Origin: an uncultured bacterium
GTDB lineage: Bacteria; RBG-13-66-14
Direction: 5' to 3'
Length of the DNA stretch: 64,000 bases
NCBI GenBank assembly: GCA_964436465.1
Contig: CAYTCV010000006.1
Location: 523-64,522, forward strand
How positions within the stretch are numbered: the first letter of the stretch is position 1; each line of letters starts with the position of its first letter. The position numbers and the translations under genes are program-made. This document shows positions 1-9,056 of this stretch, in pieces. The notes below the pieces were generated by a model that saw only the letters and a list, made by a program, of their open reading frames with translations, ran no database searches and had not been told where the DNA came from.

Positions 1-787
1 TGGAGCCCGTCACCGCAACGCGTTCCAGGGCCAGTTGGGCCGCGCCGATGGCCCCCATGACGTCGTGGAAGGTGGGGACGATGACCTCGAAGCCCAGGTG
101 CCTCTCGAAGGCGCTCTTGATGCCGCGGTTGGCCGCCACCCCGCCCTGGAATACCACGGGCGGCTGGATGTCCTTGCCCCGGGCGATGTTGTTGAGGTAG
201 TTGCGCACCAGGGCCTCGCACAGGCCGGCAATGATGTCCTCGGTGGTGTGGCCCATCTGCTGTTTGTGAATCATGTCCGATTCGGCGAAGACGGTGCAGC
301 GCCCGGCTATTCTCACCGGGGCGGAGGAGCGCAGCGCGTGGCCGCCGAAATCCTCGATGGGGATGGACAGGCGGACCGCCTGCTGGTCCAGGAAGGAGCC
401 GGTGCCGGCGGCGCAGACCGTGTTCATGGCGAAATCCACCACGATGCCGTCGCGCAGGATGATGATTTTGGAATCCTGGCCGCCGATTTCAAAAACGGTT
501 CGCACGCCGGGGATGACCAGCGAGGCGGCTATGGCGTGGGCCGTGATTTCGTTTTTAACCGAATCGGCGCCGACCAGTACCGCGGTGAGTTGCCGCGCCG
601 ACCCCGTAGTCCCGACGCCGGCGATGTCGCCGGTCCGGTCGCCCAACAGGACCTTCATCTCCGCCAGGCCTTGCTGAACCGTCTCGATGGGCCGTCCCAG
701 GGTGCGCAGGTACAGCTTCTCCACCACCCGGCTCTGCGGGTCTATGACGGCCAGGTTCGTACTGACCGAACCGACGTCCACGCCCAT
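1..787 (-). CDS. CoA-substrate-specific enzyme activase (BadF/BadG/BcrA/BcrD-type ATPase, HgdC-like); N-terminal ~260 aa in window, C-terminus runs off window start
   Basis: Reverse-complement translation from ATG at 787 reads MGVDVGSVSTNLAVIDPQSRVVEKLYLRTLG...FEIGGQDSKIIILRDGIVVDFAMNTVCAAGTGSFLDQQA...VFQGGVAANRGIKSAFE. This is the ASKHA-type activase of 2-hydroxyacyl-CoA dehydratases. It is absent from the ORF table because there is no stop inside the window. Confidence 0.8.
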   Translation of the reverse strand, partial: MGVDVGSVSTNLAVIDPQSRVVEKLYLRTLGRPIETVQQGLAEMKVLLGDRTGDIAGVGTTGSARQLTAVLVGADSVKNEITAHAIAASLVIPGVRTVFEIGGQDSKIIILRDGIVVDFAMNTVCAAGTGSFLDQQAVRLSIPIEDFGGHALRSSAPVRIAGRCTVFAESDMIHKQQMGHTTEDIIAGLCEALVRNYLNNIARGKDIQPPVVFQGGVAANRGIKSAFERHLGFEVIVPTFHDVMGAIGAAQLALERVAVTGS

Positions 788-809
788 GAACAGTCGTTCA
801 CCCAAGTCG

Positions 810-2381
810 CTACCCCGCTCGGTGCGCCGGCGCCGCTAAAGAGCGCTTGCGGGCCATAAGGTCCACGAAGGCCTCCAGACGGGTCATTATTCCCGCCTCG
901 GCGGTGTGCTCGTCGATTATAAGCGTCAGGACGGGAATTTTCAGCTCCTCCGAAACCCGCGTCAGGATGTTCTGGGCCACGATTTCGGGCATGCAGGTGA
1001 AGGGCATCAGATGCACTATGCCGTCGTAGCCCTCACCGGCCAACCGAACCGTCTGCCCCACGGTGACCACGGACTCGCCGCCGGCGTCGTAGGCCAGGTA
1101 CTCGCCGGCGAAGGTCTTGGCCACCTCGCGCGTATTCTCCTCCCGCGTCCCGCCCACGGTCATCTTGTGGTGCAGCCAGGCCGACAGGGAAACCGGCCGC
1201 GTCACCAGCACCCCCATGCGCCCGAGCTTGCGCTCAATGTCGAAGTTGACGAATCTCTCTAAAACGACGTACAGCTCGCCCACCACGCCCACGCGCAGAA
1301 GCCCGCCCTCGGTCAGTTCGCGGCGGGGCAGGGCGGCGAACTCCCGTCGGGCCCTCCGTTCGATGGCGCGCAGCTTGAAATATCCACCCGCCTCGTCCAC
1401 CGCCTGGAGGCACTTGTCCTGGAGCTGGTCGGCCTCCCGGGGATTTTCGCACACCGGGCGCGCCCGGCGGGTCAGCTCCTCGATGTGCTCGATGGCGGAA
1501 AGTTTGCGCAGGCCGAACTTGAACGCCCGCCAGATGGTCCAGAGGGATTTGCCGTTGGAGATGTGGCGGAACATCTCCACGAAATCCTCTTTCGTATCCT
1601 GGGAGAAGTAGTAGAAGGTAACGTCGTAGCCCAGATTCCGGAGAATCTGCTCCTGGATGATGCCGTAGTAGCCGAATCGGCAGGGTCCGCCGCCGCCGAT
1701 GACCAGTACCGTGTCCGCGCCCTGGTTCAGCGCCTCGATGAAGTCGCCCAGGTTGATTTTCAGCGGGAGGCAGGCGGTCTCCGGGGAATGGCGCACGCCG
1801 AGCTCCAGCGTTCGCTTCGAGGGACGCGGCGGCACGACGTACTCGCGTCCCAGCGCCTCCAGAAGCACCCGGAGCGCGATGTACATGTTGCCCATGTGGG
1901 GGAAGGTGAGAATCATGGAGCCTGACGGCTCTTTACCGCCTCGTTGCGTCTTCGGACGAGGGAGGGGACGGGGGTCCGAGGATGGCGCATCCCGCCCGGC
2001 TCTCTCCCTATTCGCCTCTTCGGGGCTCGGTTTATCGTAGTAGAGCTTCCGCGCCGGTTCCCGGACATGTTCGGGGAGCTTTTCCAGAGGGTACTCCCCC
2101 CGGCAGATGGCCCGGGCGTGACACCACCACGGTTCCTCGGCGGTCGGGCCGCAGGAATCCCGTTCCATCTCCTCCCCGACGTACCGCAGCGTTCCCAGGT
2201 AGCGCACGTCGAGAATCGCCAGGTCCTCCGGGATTTCGGCGCCGAGGGCCTCGGCTATATCGTCCCGGCAGGACAGCAGCCCGGAAACCTCATATTTCAG
2301 GTCCTTCTCCTCGGCGCATTCTATCCACCCCTGATACGCCCGGAGGGCGTCATCGTAGCCCGATGTTTTAACCTTCAGCAT
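810..2381 (-). CDS. 2-hydroxyacyl-CoA dehydratase-like subunit (DUF2229 / activase-associated domain), 523 aa
   Basis: C-terminal motif MPFTCMPEIVAQNILTRVSEELKIPVLTLIIDEHTAEAGIMTRLEAFVDLM is typical of HgdB/FldC-like and DUF2229 proteins. It lies between the activase and a paralogous subunit and overlaps the upstream gene by 14 nt. Confidence 0.65.
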   Translation of the reverse strand: MLKVKTSGYDDALRAYQGWIECAEEKDLKYEVSGLLSCRDDIAEALGAEIPEDLAILDVRYLGTLRYVGEEMERDSCGPTAEEPWWCHARAICRGEYPLEKLPEHVREPARKLYYDKPSPEEANRERAGRDAPSSDPRPLPRPKTQRGGKEPSGSMILTFPHMGNMYIALRVLLEALGREYVVPPRPSKRTLELGVRHSPETACLPLKINLGDFIEALNQGADTVLVIGGGGPCRFGYYGIIQEQILRNLGYDVTFYYFSQDTKEDFVEMFRHISNGKSLWTIWRAFKFGLRKLSAIEHIEELTRRARPVCENPREADQLQDKCLQAVDEAGGYFKLRAIERRARREFAALPRRELTEGGLLRVGVVGELYVVLERFVNFDIERKLGRMGVLVTRPVSLSAWLHHKMTVGGTREENTREVAKTFAGEYLAYDAGGESVVTVGQTVRLAGEGYDGIVHLMPFTCMPEIVAQNILTRVSEELKIPVLTLIIDEHTAEAGIMTRLEAFVDLMARKRSLAAPAHRAG

Positions 2382-3366
2382 TCCGGGCCTTCTTCCGCCG
2401 AATCATGTCCAGGAACGCCTCCAGTCGCGTCATGAGTCCCGCCTCCCCGGTGTGCTCGTCCAGGACGATGGAGGTGTAGGGCATCCGGGGGTGCCTGGCC
2501 GCCACGGCCTCCACCAGCGTTTCCAGCATGGAAGCGGGCCCGCACTGGAAGGGCAGAACGAAGAACACCCCGTCGACCTCCTCCTGGCGCATGAAGTAGC
2601 CGGCGGCTCCCAGGATTTCCCGGCCCAGCGTCCAGTACGGCGGACGCTTATAGCTCCCCAGCTCCCGGTCCAGCGTCTGATGGTCCACGCTCTCGTGGGT
2701 CAGAATCCGGCAGCCCATTTTCCGCAGGCGCCCTAAAATCTCCAGGGAGATGAAGGGGTCGAAGAGGAGGTAGGAGCGGCCGATGACCCGCAGCTCCAGC
2801 TCGTCTCCCTCCTGCGGGGCGACGTAGGGCCTGTCTTTTTCGATGGATTCCAGGAGCGCGGCGGGGTCCTTCCCCAGGATGCAATCGGCGCGGAAGGCGG
2901 CCTGCGCCCTTTCGGCGGCGCCCAGGGCCTTTTCCGTCTCCTCGGGACCGAAGCCTAACAGGCGGGCCGCCTCACCCAGCGTTTCCAGAATCCCGCCCGC
3001 CCCCTTGTTCACGTCGGCCACCGGCGAAATCAGCGGCAGGCCGACCGAGATGCAGCTCTTCACCATGTCCGGCAGGCCGATGAACTTCGGGCAGAGGGAC
3101 GACCCCGGTTCCAGACTGACCAGCCGGGGGAGGAAAATGTGGTCCACCACGCCCTCGAGGGCGTGGATGTGCCCGAAGGTTACCTTGAGCGGCAGGCAGG
3201 CGTCGTCCACCGTGGAGGCTATGCCCCAGGCGACGAGGTCCTTGTTGCTCGGGGGCGAAACTACCAGCTCGACGCCGAGGCGGCGGAAGAAAGTGGCCAC
3301 GAGCGGCAGGAAGCGGTAGTAGAGGATTAAAGTCCGGGGGAGCCCGATACGCATTGAACTCCTCAA
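2368..3366 (-). CDS. 2-hydroxyacyl-CoA dehydratase-like subunit paralog, 332 aa
   Basis: C-terminus LPFQCGPASMLETLVEAVAARHPRMPYTSIVLDEHTGEAGLMTRLEAFLDMIRRK is paralogous to the C-terminus of the 810-2381 gene. It is the first gene of a three-gene minus-strand operon. Confidence 0.6.
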   Translation of the reverse strand: MRSSMRIGLPRTLILYYRFLPLVATFFRRLGVELVVSPPSNKDLVAWGIASTVDDACLPLKVTFGHIHALEGVVDHIFLPRLVSLEPGSSLCPKFIGLPDMVKSCISVGLPLISPVADVNKGAGGILETLGEAARLLGFGPEETEKALGAAERAQAAFRADCILGKDPAALLESIEKDRPYVAPQEGDELELRVIGRSYLLFDPFISLEILGRLRKMGCRILTHESVDHQTLDRELGSYKRPPYWTLGREILGAAGYFMRQEEVDGVFFVLPFQCGPASMLETLVEAVAARHPRMPYTSIVLDEHTGEAGLMTRLEAFLDMIRRKKARNAEG

Positions 3367-3418
3367 TTACCTACGCACGCGGTCGGCAATGTTAAACCGG
3401 CGGTCCGGGCTTGTCAAC

Positions 3419-4720
3419 CTACTCCGACCCGGAGAGGCCACGGTAGATGGGGCTCCGGCGGTAGAAGCGCTCCACCTGCAGGGCGATGACCTTGATGACG
3501 GCCGCGATGGGCACCGCCAGGAAGGCCCAGATTATGCCGAACTGAAGACCCACCAGCACGGAGAGAATCAGGAGTACGGAACCTATTCCGACCTTCTTCC
3601 CCACCACCAGCGGGTCGAGGACGTAGCCCGAGATGGTGAAGGCCACCACGTAGAGCGCCAGGGTCAGAAGCATCGTCGGGGCGGGGTCCGGGGTGAAGAA
3701 GGCCATGGGCACGGCCACGGCTCCGGCCACTACCGCGCCGAGGAACGGAATGAAATTTAAAATGCCGGAGATGAACGCCAGCGGGATGAAGAATGGCACC
3801 CCCAGAAGCCACAGCCCGACTCCGGTCACCACCCCGATGAAGGCGCAGGTGACGAGCTTGGCGCGGAAGAAGCCCACGAAGACGCGGTTCACGTCCTCGC
3901 CGAAATCGTGGACCCTTTCGTGGTGCCGTCGGGGAACGAGGTCGGTCAACCGCTTCTTGAAGCGGTCCACGTCGCGCAGGAGCAGGAAGGTGAAGATGGG
4001 GATGAGGATGAGGTTCCCCAGGTCGCCCAGACTGGCCAACAGGCGCTCCAGCAGTACAGCCACGTCCGGGATGGCCTCGGATATGGCGGTCTGAAGCCGG
4101 GCGGCGAGTGATTGAACCGCGTCCCGCAGCTCGGGGGTGCCGCCGGCGAGTCCGTCCAGCCAACGCTCCACCCGACTCACCAGGCTGGTGAAGTCGAACT
4201 CCCGCAGCCGGGCGATGTCGTTGCGGACCGTGGGGACCAGGAGCAGGGCCAGCCCGACGACGAGGCCCACGGCCCCGACGATGACCGTGAGCGCGGCGAC
4301 GGCGCGCAGCCGGGCCCCCTTCTTGTCCTGCGGCGGTTCAATGTGCTCGTGGCGGGCCAGGCGGTGGAAGAACCGGTCCACCCTGTCCGCCGCCGGGTCC
4401 AGGAGAAACGCCAGGAACAGGGCGACGACGAAGGGGAAGAAGGCGTCCCAGAGGTTGATTACGCCGTAGATGACGCCGGCGACGGTCACCAGGGCGATGA
4501 GGGAGATGGCGCGCGCATCGTGGTAGGCGAAGGGAACCAGAATCAGCACGAGGGCGAGCCAGACCACGAAGGGGGTGACGACCGGCCAGACCAGATACAC
4601 GAAGAGGCCCAGGAGACCGAGGAAGACGACCATAACCGTCCAGAGCGGCACCCTGCCGGTCGGCCGGCGGGGGTAGTCGGTCGGGATGAGGTCGTTGTCC
4701 TTGGATTGCCCGTCCGTCAA
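3419..4720 (-). CDS. AI-2E family transporter (PerM/UPF0118-like permease)
   Basis: 433-aa polytopic membrane protein. The motif LILIPIFTFLLLRD...GFFRAKLVTCAFIGVVTGVGLWLLGVPFFIPLAFISGILNFIPFLG is typical of the AI-2E family. Confidence 0.7.
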   Translation of the reverse strand: MTDGQSKDNDLIPTDYPRRPTGRVPLWTVMVVFLGLLGLFVYLVWPVVTPFVVWLALVLILVPFAYHDARAISLIALVTVAGVIYGVINLWDAFFPFVVALFLAFLLDPAADRVDRFFHRLARHEHIEPPQDKKGARLRAVAALTVIVGAVGLVVGLALLLVPTVRNDIARLREFDFTSLVSRVERWLDGLAGGTPELRDAVQSLAARLQTAISEAIPDVAVLLERLLASLGDLGNLILIPIFTFLLLRDVDRFKKRLTDLVPRRHHERVHDFGEDVNRVFVGFFRAKLVTCAFIGVVTGVGLWLLGVPFFIPLAFISGILNFIPFLGAVVAGAVAVPMAFFTPDPAPTMLLTLALYVVAFTISGYVLDPLVVGKKVGIGSVLLILSVLVGLQFGIIWAFLAVPIAAVIKVIALQVERFYRRSPIYRGLSGSE

Positions 4721-4821
4721 AAGACGCCCCTTTCGTGTTGTGGGGGGCTAGTATAGCACGATTTATAAACGAGATGGGACCGATGAAAAGTCGGTTCCGC
4801 ATGCGGAAAGGTTTCATTACA

Positions 4822-4943
4822 TCCCCCTACTCACGGGTGGGGTTGAAACGGGCGGGTGTGGACACCTGCCCCTACGTCATCGCAAATAGGGGCGCGGATT
4901 GACGTGAAAAACGGCGGGGACTGAAGTCCCCGCCCTACATTTA
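4822..4943. repeat. REP-like palindromic repeat cluster (locus 1)
   Basis: Hairpins GGGCGGGTGTGGACACCTGCCC and GGCGGGGACTGAAGTCCCCGCC, flanked by CCCCTACGTCATCGCA and CCCTACATTT. The same modules recur at five other intergenic loci. Confidence 0.6.
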
Positions 4944-5004
4944 TGCAGACGGTAAATACGTGACTGGTTTGACGGCACCTCGGCCCGGAGACGGGCGGCC
5001 CTCT

Positions 5005-5754
5005 TTACCGGCCCAACTCGGCGTCGCGCTCCTGGTTCCAGGTGACCCACTCGTCCAGCTCCAGCTCGTCTTCGGGGGAGAACTCCCCGGAGGCGGCCAC
5101 GGAGCCGTCGGGCGCGATGTAGAGCTGCTGCATCCCGCCGAGGATGACCTGCTTCCACTGGTCCTCGGACACCTCGACCGGCCCGGAGACCTCGTGGGGA
5201 CCTTCGACCTCATACCGCTCACCGGTCCCACCCCCGCCCTCGGTGCCTTCGGTCTCCCAGAACATGGGGCCCTCGATGGCGGCCATGGGATTCCACAACT
5301 CCACGCTGCCTTCGTAAACGCGCAACAGGGTCGAGGTGTCGGGGTAGACGTCCGTGCGGAAGACTGTACCCCGGCACGCCGCCGTGGCGGTAGGCGTCTT
5401 GACGACGTAGTTGCTGGCGGGGTCGGCGAAGGGGGTGACGGTGGACCACAGCCGGCCGCCGGTGGAGGAGACCACCGTGCTGGTGGCCAGCCCGCTGGTG
5501 GACGCCCGCTCGATGGTCAGGTCGGAGTTGGACGAGAGGCGGACGAGGGAGCCGTCGTCGAAGACGATTTCCGTCCGGGAGCGGTCCCCGGTGTGGACGA
5601 TGTCCCCGCCCTTGAGGCGCGAGCCGAGGGAGGCCGTGAAGCTCGACCCGCCGCGGAAGACGCTCACGCTTCCCACCATGTACGTGACCTCCGCCCCGGC
5701 AAGGGCGACGGTGATGAGCATCGCACAGAGGAGCACAAAAACCCGTTTTGTCAT
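5005..5754 (-). CDS. FecR-domain secreted protein
   Basis: Signal peptide MTKRVFVLLCAMLITVALAGA. Motif DGSLVRLSSNSDLTIE...TPTATAACRGTVFRTDV matches the FecR domain pattern. It is the last gene of the envelope operon. Confidence 0.65.
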   Translation of the reverse strand: MTKRVFVLLCAMLITVALAGAEVTYMVGSVSVFRGGSSFTASLGSRLKGGDIVHTGDRSRTEIVFDDGSLVRLSSNSDLTIERASTSGLATSTVVSSTGGRLWSTVTPFADPASNYVVKTPTATAACRGTVFRTDVYPDTSTLLRVYEGSVELWNPMAAIEGPMFWETEGTEGGGGTGERYEVEGPHEVSGPVEVSEDQWKQVILGGMQQLYIAPDGSVAASGEFSPEDELELDEWVTWNQERDAELGR

Positions 5755-5768
5755 CGTTACCCCCGCCG

Positions 5769-6536
5769 TTACAGTTCCTGCACGGCCAGTTGTCCGGGCT
5801 GGAATCCGCCGCCGGATATGGGCTCGGCCAGTGATTCACCCGGTCCCACGCTCTCGATTCTCACGCTGCCGATTCGGTTCCCCCGCTCCCCCCGGACCTC
5901 CGACGGCGCGTAGATGACGAAGATGTCTCCCGGGGCGGCGTTTTCATCGAAGCCGATGGGCAGGATGACCCTGTCCCCCTCCACGTCTATTATGCGACCC
6001 GACCAGGGCGTTTTCTCGAAGTCTGGCGCCAGGTCATCCGCCAGCTTGTCCACGGCTCCCTGGGAGGCTCTTCCTTCCAGGGTGCCCAGGAACTCCGCGT
6101 TGGGTCCGATGACCATGCCGGGGTGCCAGCGGTTCGTGTTGCTCTGGGCGAGGAGCTGCTCGGTCTGGGTCTCGGTGATGAACTCGCCGGTGGGTGCCAG
6201 ATACAGCCGTACTTCCAGACTGACCTCCGCCTCGTCCCGGCGGAAGCCCACTTCACCAAAATTTTCCGAAAGCCCGAAGGTGTGGACATCGCCGATGAGG
6301 TATATCTGGACGCCGAGGTTCCGCAGTTGAGCCGGGAGAGTCAACACCGGTCGAGCCAGGGAGCCCGGTTCCCGGTACTCCGTCCCCAGGGCCACGGTCC
6401 CCCCGAGCGCGACGACCAGGTCCCTCCGGGTGAGCGGTACGATTCCGGGCAGCTCGCCGAGTTTTTGGGCGAGCATCTCCTCCAGGCCGCGGGCCTGCTC
6501 CTCGGTCACCTCGAGCCCGGGCCGCAGGTCGACCAC
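5769..6536 (-). CDS. CsgG-family (curli secretion channel-like) protein, paralog B; true start uncertain and may lie upstream near 6610
   Basis: Similar to the neighbouring CsgG-like gene (LVVALGGTV..., GFDENAAPGDIFVIY). The reading frame stays open upstream of the annotated GTG and encodes ...TIALLSLTGCIFTQTATAPT, a lipobox LTGC, but no canonical start codon precedes it. Confidence 0.5.
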   Translation of the reverse strand: MVDLRPGLEVTEEQARGLEEMLAQKLGELPGIVPLTRRDLVVALGGTVALGTEYREPGSLARPVLTLPAQLRNLGVQIYLIGDVHTFGLSENFGEVGFRRDEAEVSLEVRLYLAPTGEFITETQTEQLLAQSNTNRWHPGMVIGPNAEFLGTLEGRASQGAVDKLADDLAPDFEKTPWSGRIIDVEGDRVILPIGFDENAAPGDIFVIYAPSEVRGERGNRIGSVRIESVGPGESLAEPISGGGFQPGQLAVQEL

Positions 6537-6732
6537 CAGTAGCCGGTCGAGCGTCGGTGCGGTTGCAGTCTGGGTGAAGATGCAGCCCGTCAGGGACAGT
6601 AGCGCGATTGTACCGTAAAATCTTCGCGTAGGTGCGACCCGTGTTACGTCTTTACCGTCGCAGGAATCCGGCCGTAAAGCGGGGCGGGAGGAATACGCCC
6701 GGCCCGCCCCGCCTTCAGTCCAAGGGTCCGGG

Positions 6733-7650
6733 TTAATCGAACGGGTTCTCCCGGACGATGTCCCCGTCGGAGAAACCGCCCCCGGCCACGGCTCGGCCGA
6801 TGGCGTACTTCTCCTTGACCTCCATTATCTGCACGGTGCCGATGAGGGTTTCCTCGGCGCCCAGGGAGATGCCGGTGACGGGGTCGATGAGCTCCTCGCC
6901 CTTCTGGTAGACGCGGAACTCCATGCCGGTCTCGATGCCGGAGTCCATGCCGGCGTTGATGTAGACCTTCTCGCCGTCGGCCTTGACCACGGCTCCGGTC
7001 CAGGGCACGTCCTTCATCTTGATGACGATGGCGTTGACGATTTCGTCGATGGCCTGCCGGGCGGCCTTCCCCTCCAGGGTGTTGTCCCACTCGGAGCCCT
7101 TGCCGATGACCATACCCGGGACCATCAGCACACCGCCGGCCTCCGATTCCTCGCCGGTGGCCTCGTGGCTGAAGATGATTTCGCCGGTGACGGTGTCGAT
7201 GATGCGGATGTTGAGGCCGACGCGGGCGGTGACGCGGGAGATGCCGAGACCGCCCATGAAGGTGCCGAGGCCGACCTCATCCTTCTGGGTGGAGAACTCG
7301 GTGACGGCGCCGTAGACGATGGCCTGCACGCCGAGGAGCTTGCCGATTTCGGGGGCGGTCTGGGGAGTCACCAGGCCGGTGGTGCCCAGGGCCTGCTCCT
7401 CCATGACCGTGGCCAGTTGCTGGCGCTCGAACACCTGGAACTTGCCGCAGTTGACCAGGGCGGTGGTCAGCACGTCGGCCAGGCCGGTCCCGACGTTGTA
7501 GGAACTGCCGGCTTTGTCCTCCAGCTCGGACACGGCTATGCGCTTGCGCATATCCATGGCCGAGGAGGAGAGGGCCAGGACGAGCACGAGGACCAGGGTC
7601 GTGAGAACGATTTTGCTAGGAGCATAGCTCGCTTTGCTCGGTTTACGCAT
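6733..7650 (-). CDS. CsgG-family protein, paralog A (OM lipoprotein/channel-like)
   Basis: Signal peptide, then RIAVSELEDKAG....GLADVLTTALVNCGKFQVFERQQLATVMEEQAL....LLGVQAIVYGAVTEF. This matches the CsgG N-terminal pattern (R[IV]AV..F......G.......L...L...G.F.V.ER). Confidence 0.65.
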   Translation of the reverse strand: MRKPSKASYAPSKIVLTTLVLVLVLALSSSAMDMRKRIAVSELEDKAGSSYNVGTGLADVLTTALVNCGKFQVFERQQLATVMEEQALGTTGLVTPQTAPEIGKLLGVQAIVYGAVTEFSTQKDEVGLGTFMGGLGISRVTARVGLNIRIIDTVTGEIIFSHEATGEESEAGGVLMVPGMVIGKGSEWDNTLEGKAARQAIDEIVNAIVIKMKDVPWTGAVVKADGEKVYINAGMDSGIETGMEFRVYQKGEELIDPVTGISLGAEETLIGTVQIMEVKEKYAIGRAVAGGGFSDGDIVRENPFD

Positions 7651-7733
7651 GAAACGCCTCCAGGCCTAGTTGAAAAGGTTCAAGGCTTCGCCGTCGCGGA
7701 ACTCGTTCGGTCGGCGCGGCGGGGCCGTCCGTA

Positions 7734-8957
7734 TTATTCCTCCGGGGGCGGGGTCTCACCCTTGGGGGCGATGGCTATGTCAATCGTGCTGCGCGTCTGG
7801 CCGTAAACGATGACCTCGAAATCGCCCTCGGCGTGCGGCTTGATGTTGATTTCCTTGGCGATTTGGGCCGCGTCGTAATCCGAGGCGATTTCCAGCTTGG
7901 CCGTGAGGCCGAAGTGGCTGCGCACGATGATGTTCTCCACGCCGCGGACGTTCTCGCGGAGCCAGGCTTCGAGCTTGGTCAGGGTGGCGTTGTCGGCGTT
8001 GTAGACGGTCATCTGCACCGTGGAGCCGGTGGCCGCGCGACGGGACCAGTCCTTGAGAATCTGGGCGATGACGACGTCCGCGGCGGACTTGGCCGCCTTG
8101 CGCAGCGCCTCGTTGCCGCCGGCCAGGTCGTCGGTGTGGGCCGTCTTGTCGGACTTGGAGGTGGAGGCGATGAGCGCGGCGGTGTCCGTCTCGTAGACCT
8201 TGATGTTGCAGGTGGCCTGGTAGGATTTCATCCCCGAGCTGGCGGTGACGCCGTAGGCCACGATAGGGGAACTCTTGACCACGGCCTTGCCGGTGAGCAC
8301 GTACTCGGCCCCGTATTGGAGGCCGATTTCGGCGGCCGCCAGGGGGTCGCCGGTGAGGGCGGCCTTGACCATGTCGCGGTCGATGTTACGGCGCGCCTGG
8401 TCGGCGTCCACCAGCGGGAAATCCTTGTCGAGGAAGATTTCCTGGAGCGTCATCTCGGTGGTGCCCATGTCGAGGGAATCGTACCAGTAGTAGTGGTAGT
8501 TGTAGCCCTCCAGCAGGTTCTCCTCCTCGACGATGATCATTATCCGCGGGTTGCCGATGAGGGCCGTAATGGTCCGGACGTCGAGCTCGTCGAGCTTGGC
8601 CTGGAGCATGCTCCGCGCGATGGTGCACTCAATCTCGACCTCGTAGGAATTCTCGAAGGAGCCGTAGCCCTCGGAGATGATGCGGTAGTCGAGGACGTAG
8701 GCCGTGGCCCGGGCGTAGATGGAGTCATCCAGGGTCTCGAACATCTCCACCATGGTCTGGGAATCAACGAACATGCCGGTCTGCTGCTCGACGGCGTTCC
8801 GGATGGCATCCTTGACGGCGTCATCCTTGGCTTTGGCGATGTCGCCCGAGTAGATGACGCCGAGGCCGGTGCTCCGGACGGTGACGGTGTCCTGGGCCTG
8901 GACCGCACCGGTCAGCACCAGAACCGCTGTGAGCAATATGAGGGGGAATGTACGCAT
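7734..8957 (-). CDS. Secreted protein with N-terminal LPP20/FlgP-like domain (408 aa from MRTFPL start)
   Basis: The ORF-table start at 9047 overlaps the upstream gene; the internal ATG at 8957 gives signal peptide MRTFPLILLTAVLVLTGAVQA. The N-terminal domain TGLGVIYSGDIAKAKDDAVKDAIRNAVEQQTGMFVDSQTMVE shows the LPP20-family alanine-periodic pattern. Confidence 0.5.
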   Translation of the reverse strand: MRTFPLILLTAVLVLTGAVQAQDTVTVRSTGLGVIYSGDIAKAKDDAVKDAIRNAVEQQTGMFVDSQTMVEMFETLDDSIYARATAYVLDYRIISEGYGSFENSYEVEIECTIARSMLQAKLDELDVRTITALIGNPRIMIIVEEENLLEGYNYHYYWYDSLDMGTTEMTLQEIFLDKDFPLVDADQARRNIDRDMVKAALTGDPLAAAEIGLQYGAEYVLTGKAVVKSSPIVAYGVTASSGMKSYQATCNIKVYETDTAALIASTSKSDKTAHTDDLAGGNEALRKAAKSAADVVIAQILKDWSRRAATGSTVQMTVYNADNATLTKLEAWLRENVRGVENIIVRSHFGLTAKLEIASDYDAAQIAKEINIKPHAEGDFEVIVYGQTRSTIDIAIAPKGETPPPEE

Positions 8958-9056
8958 CGTAACTCCTCGGCCGTTGGGCGGTGCGTCCGCCCCCAGGTTA
9001 AAATGCTTCGGGGGACGGCCGGGCCGGACGGCTGAGCCGTCCCCCAATGGTAAATC

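Noticed and set aside
35-859. A 274-aa + strand ORF with a plausible length.
   Set aside because: It is antisense to the activase gene. Its translation is Asp/Gly/Ala/Arg-rich low-complexity sequence, typical of the mirror frame of a high-GC gene, and the minus-strand reading gives a clean ASKHA ATPase.
8958-9047. N-terminal 30 codons of the ORF-table entry 7734-9047 (MGDGSAVRPGRPPKHF...).
   Set aside because: It has no signal peptide and runs into the upstream gene's end. The internal ATG at 8957 gives a canonical signal peptide.
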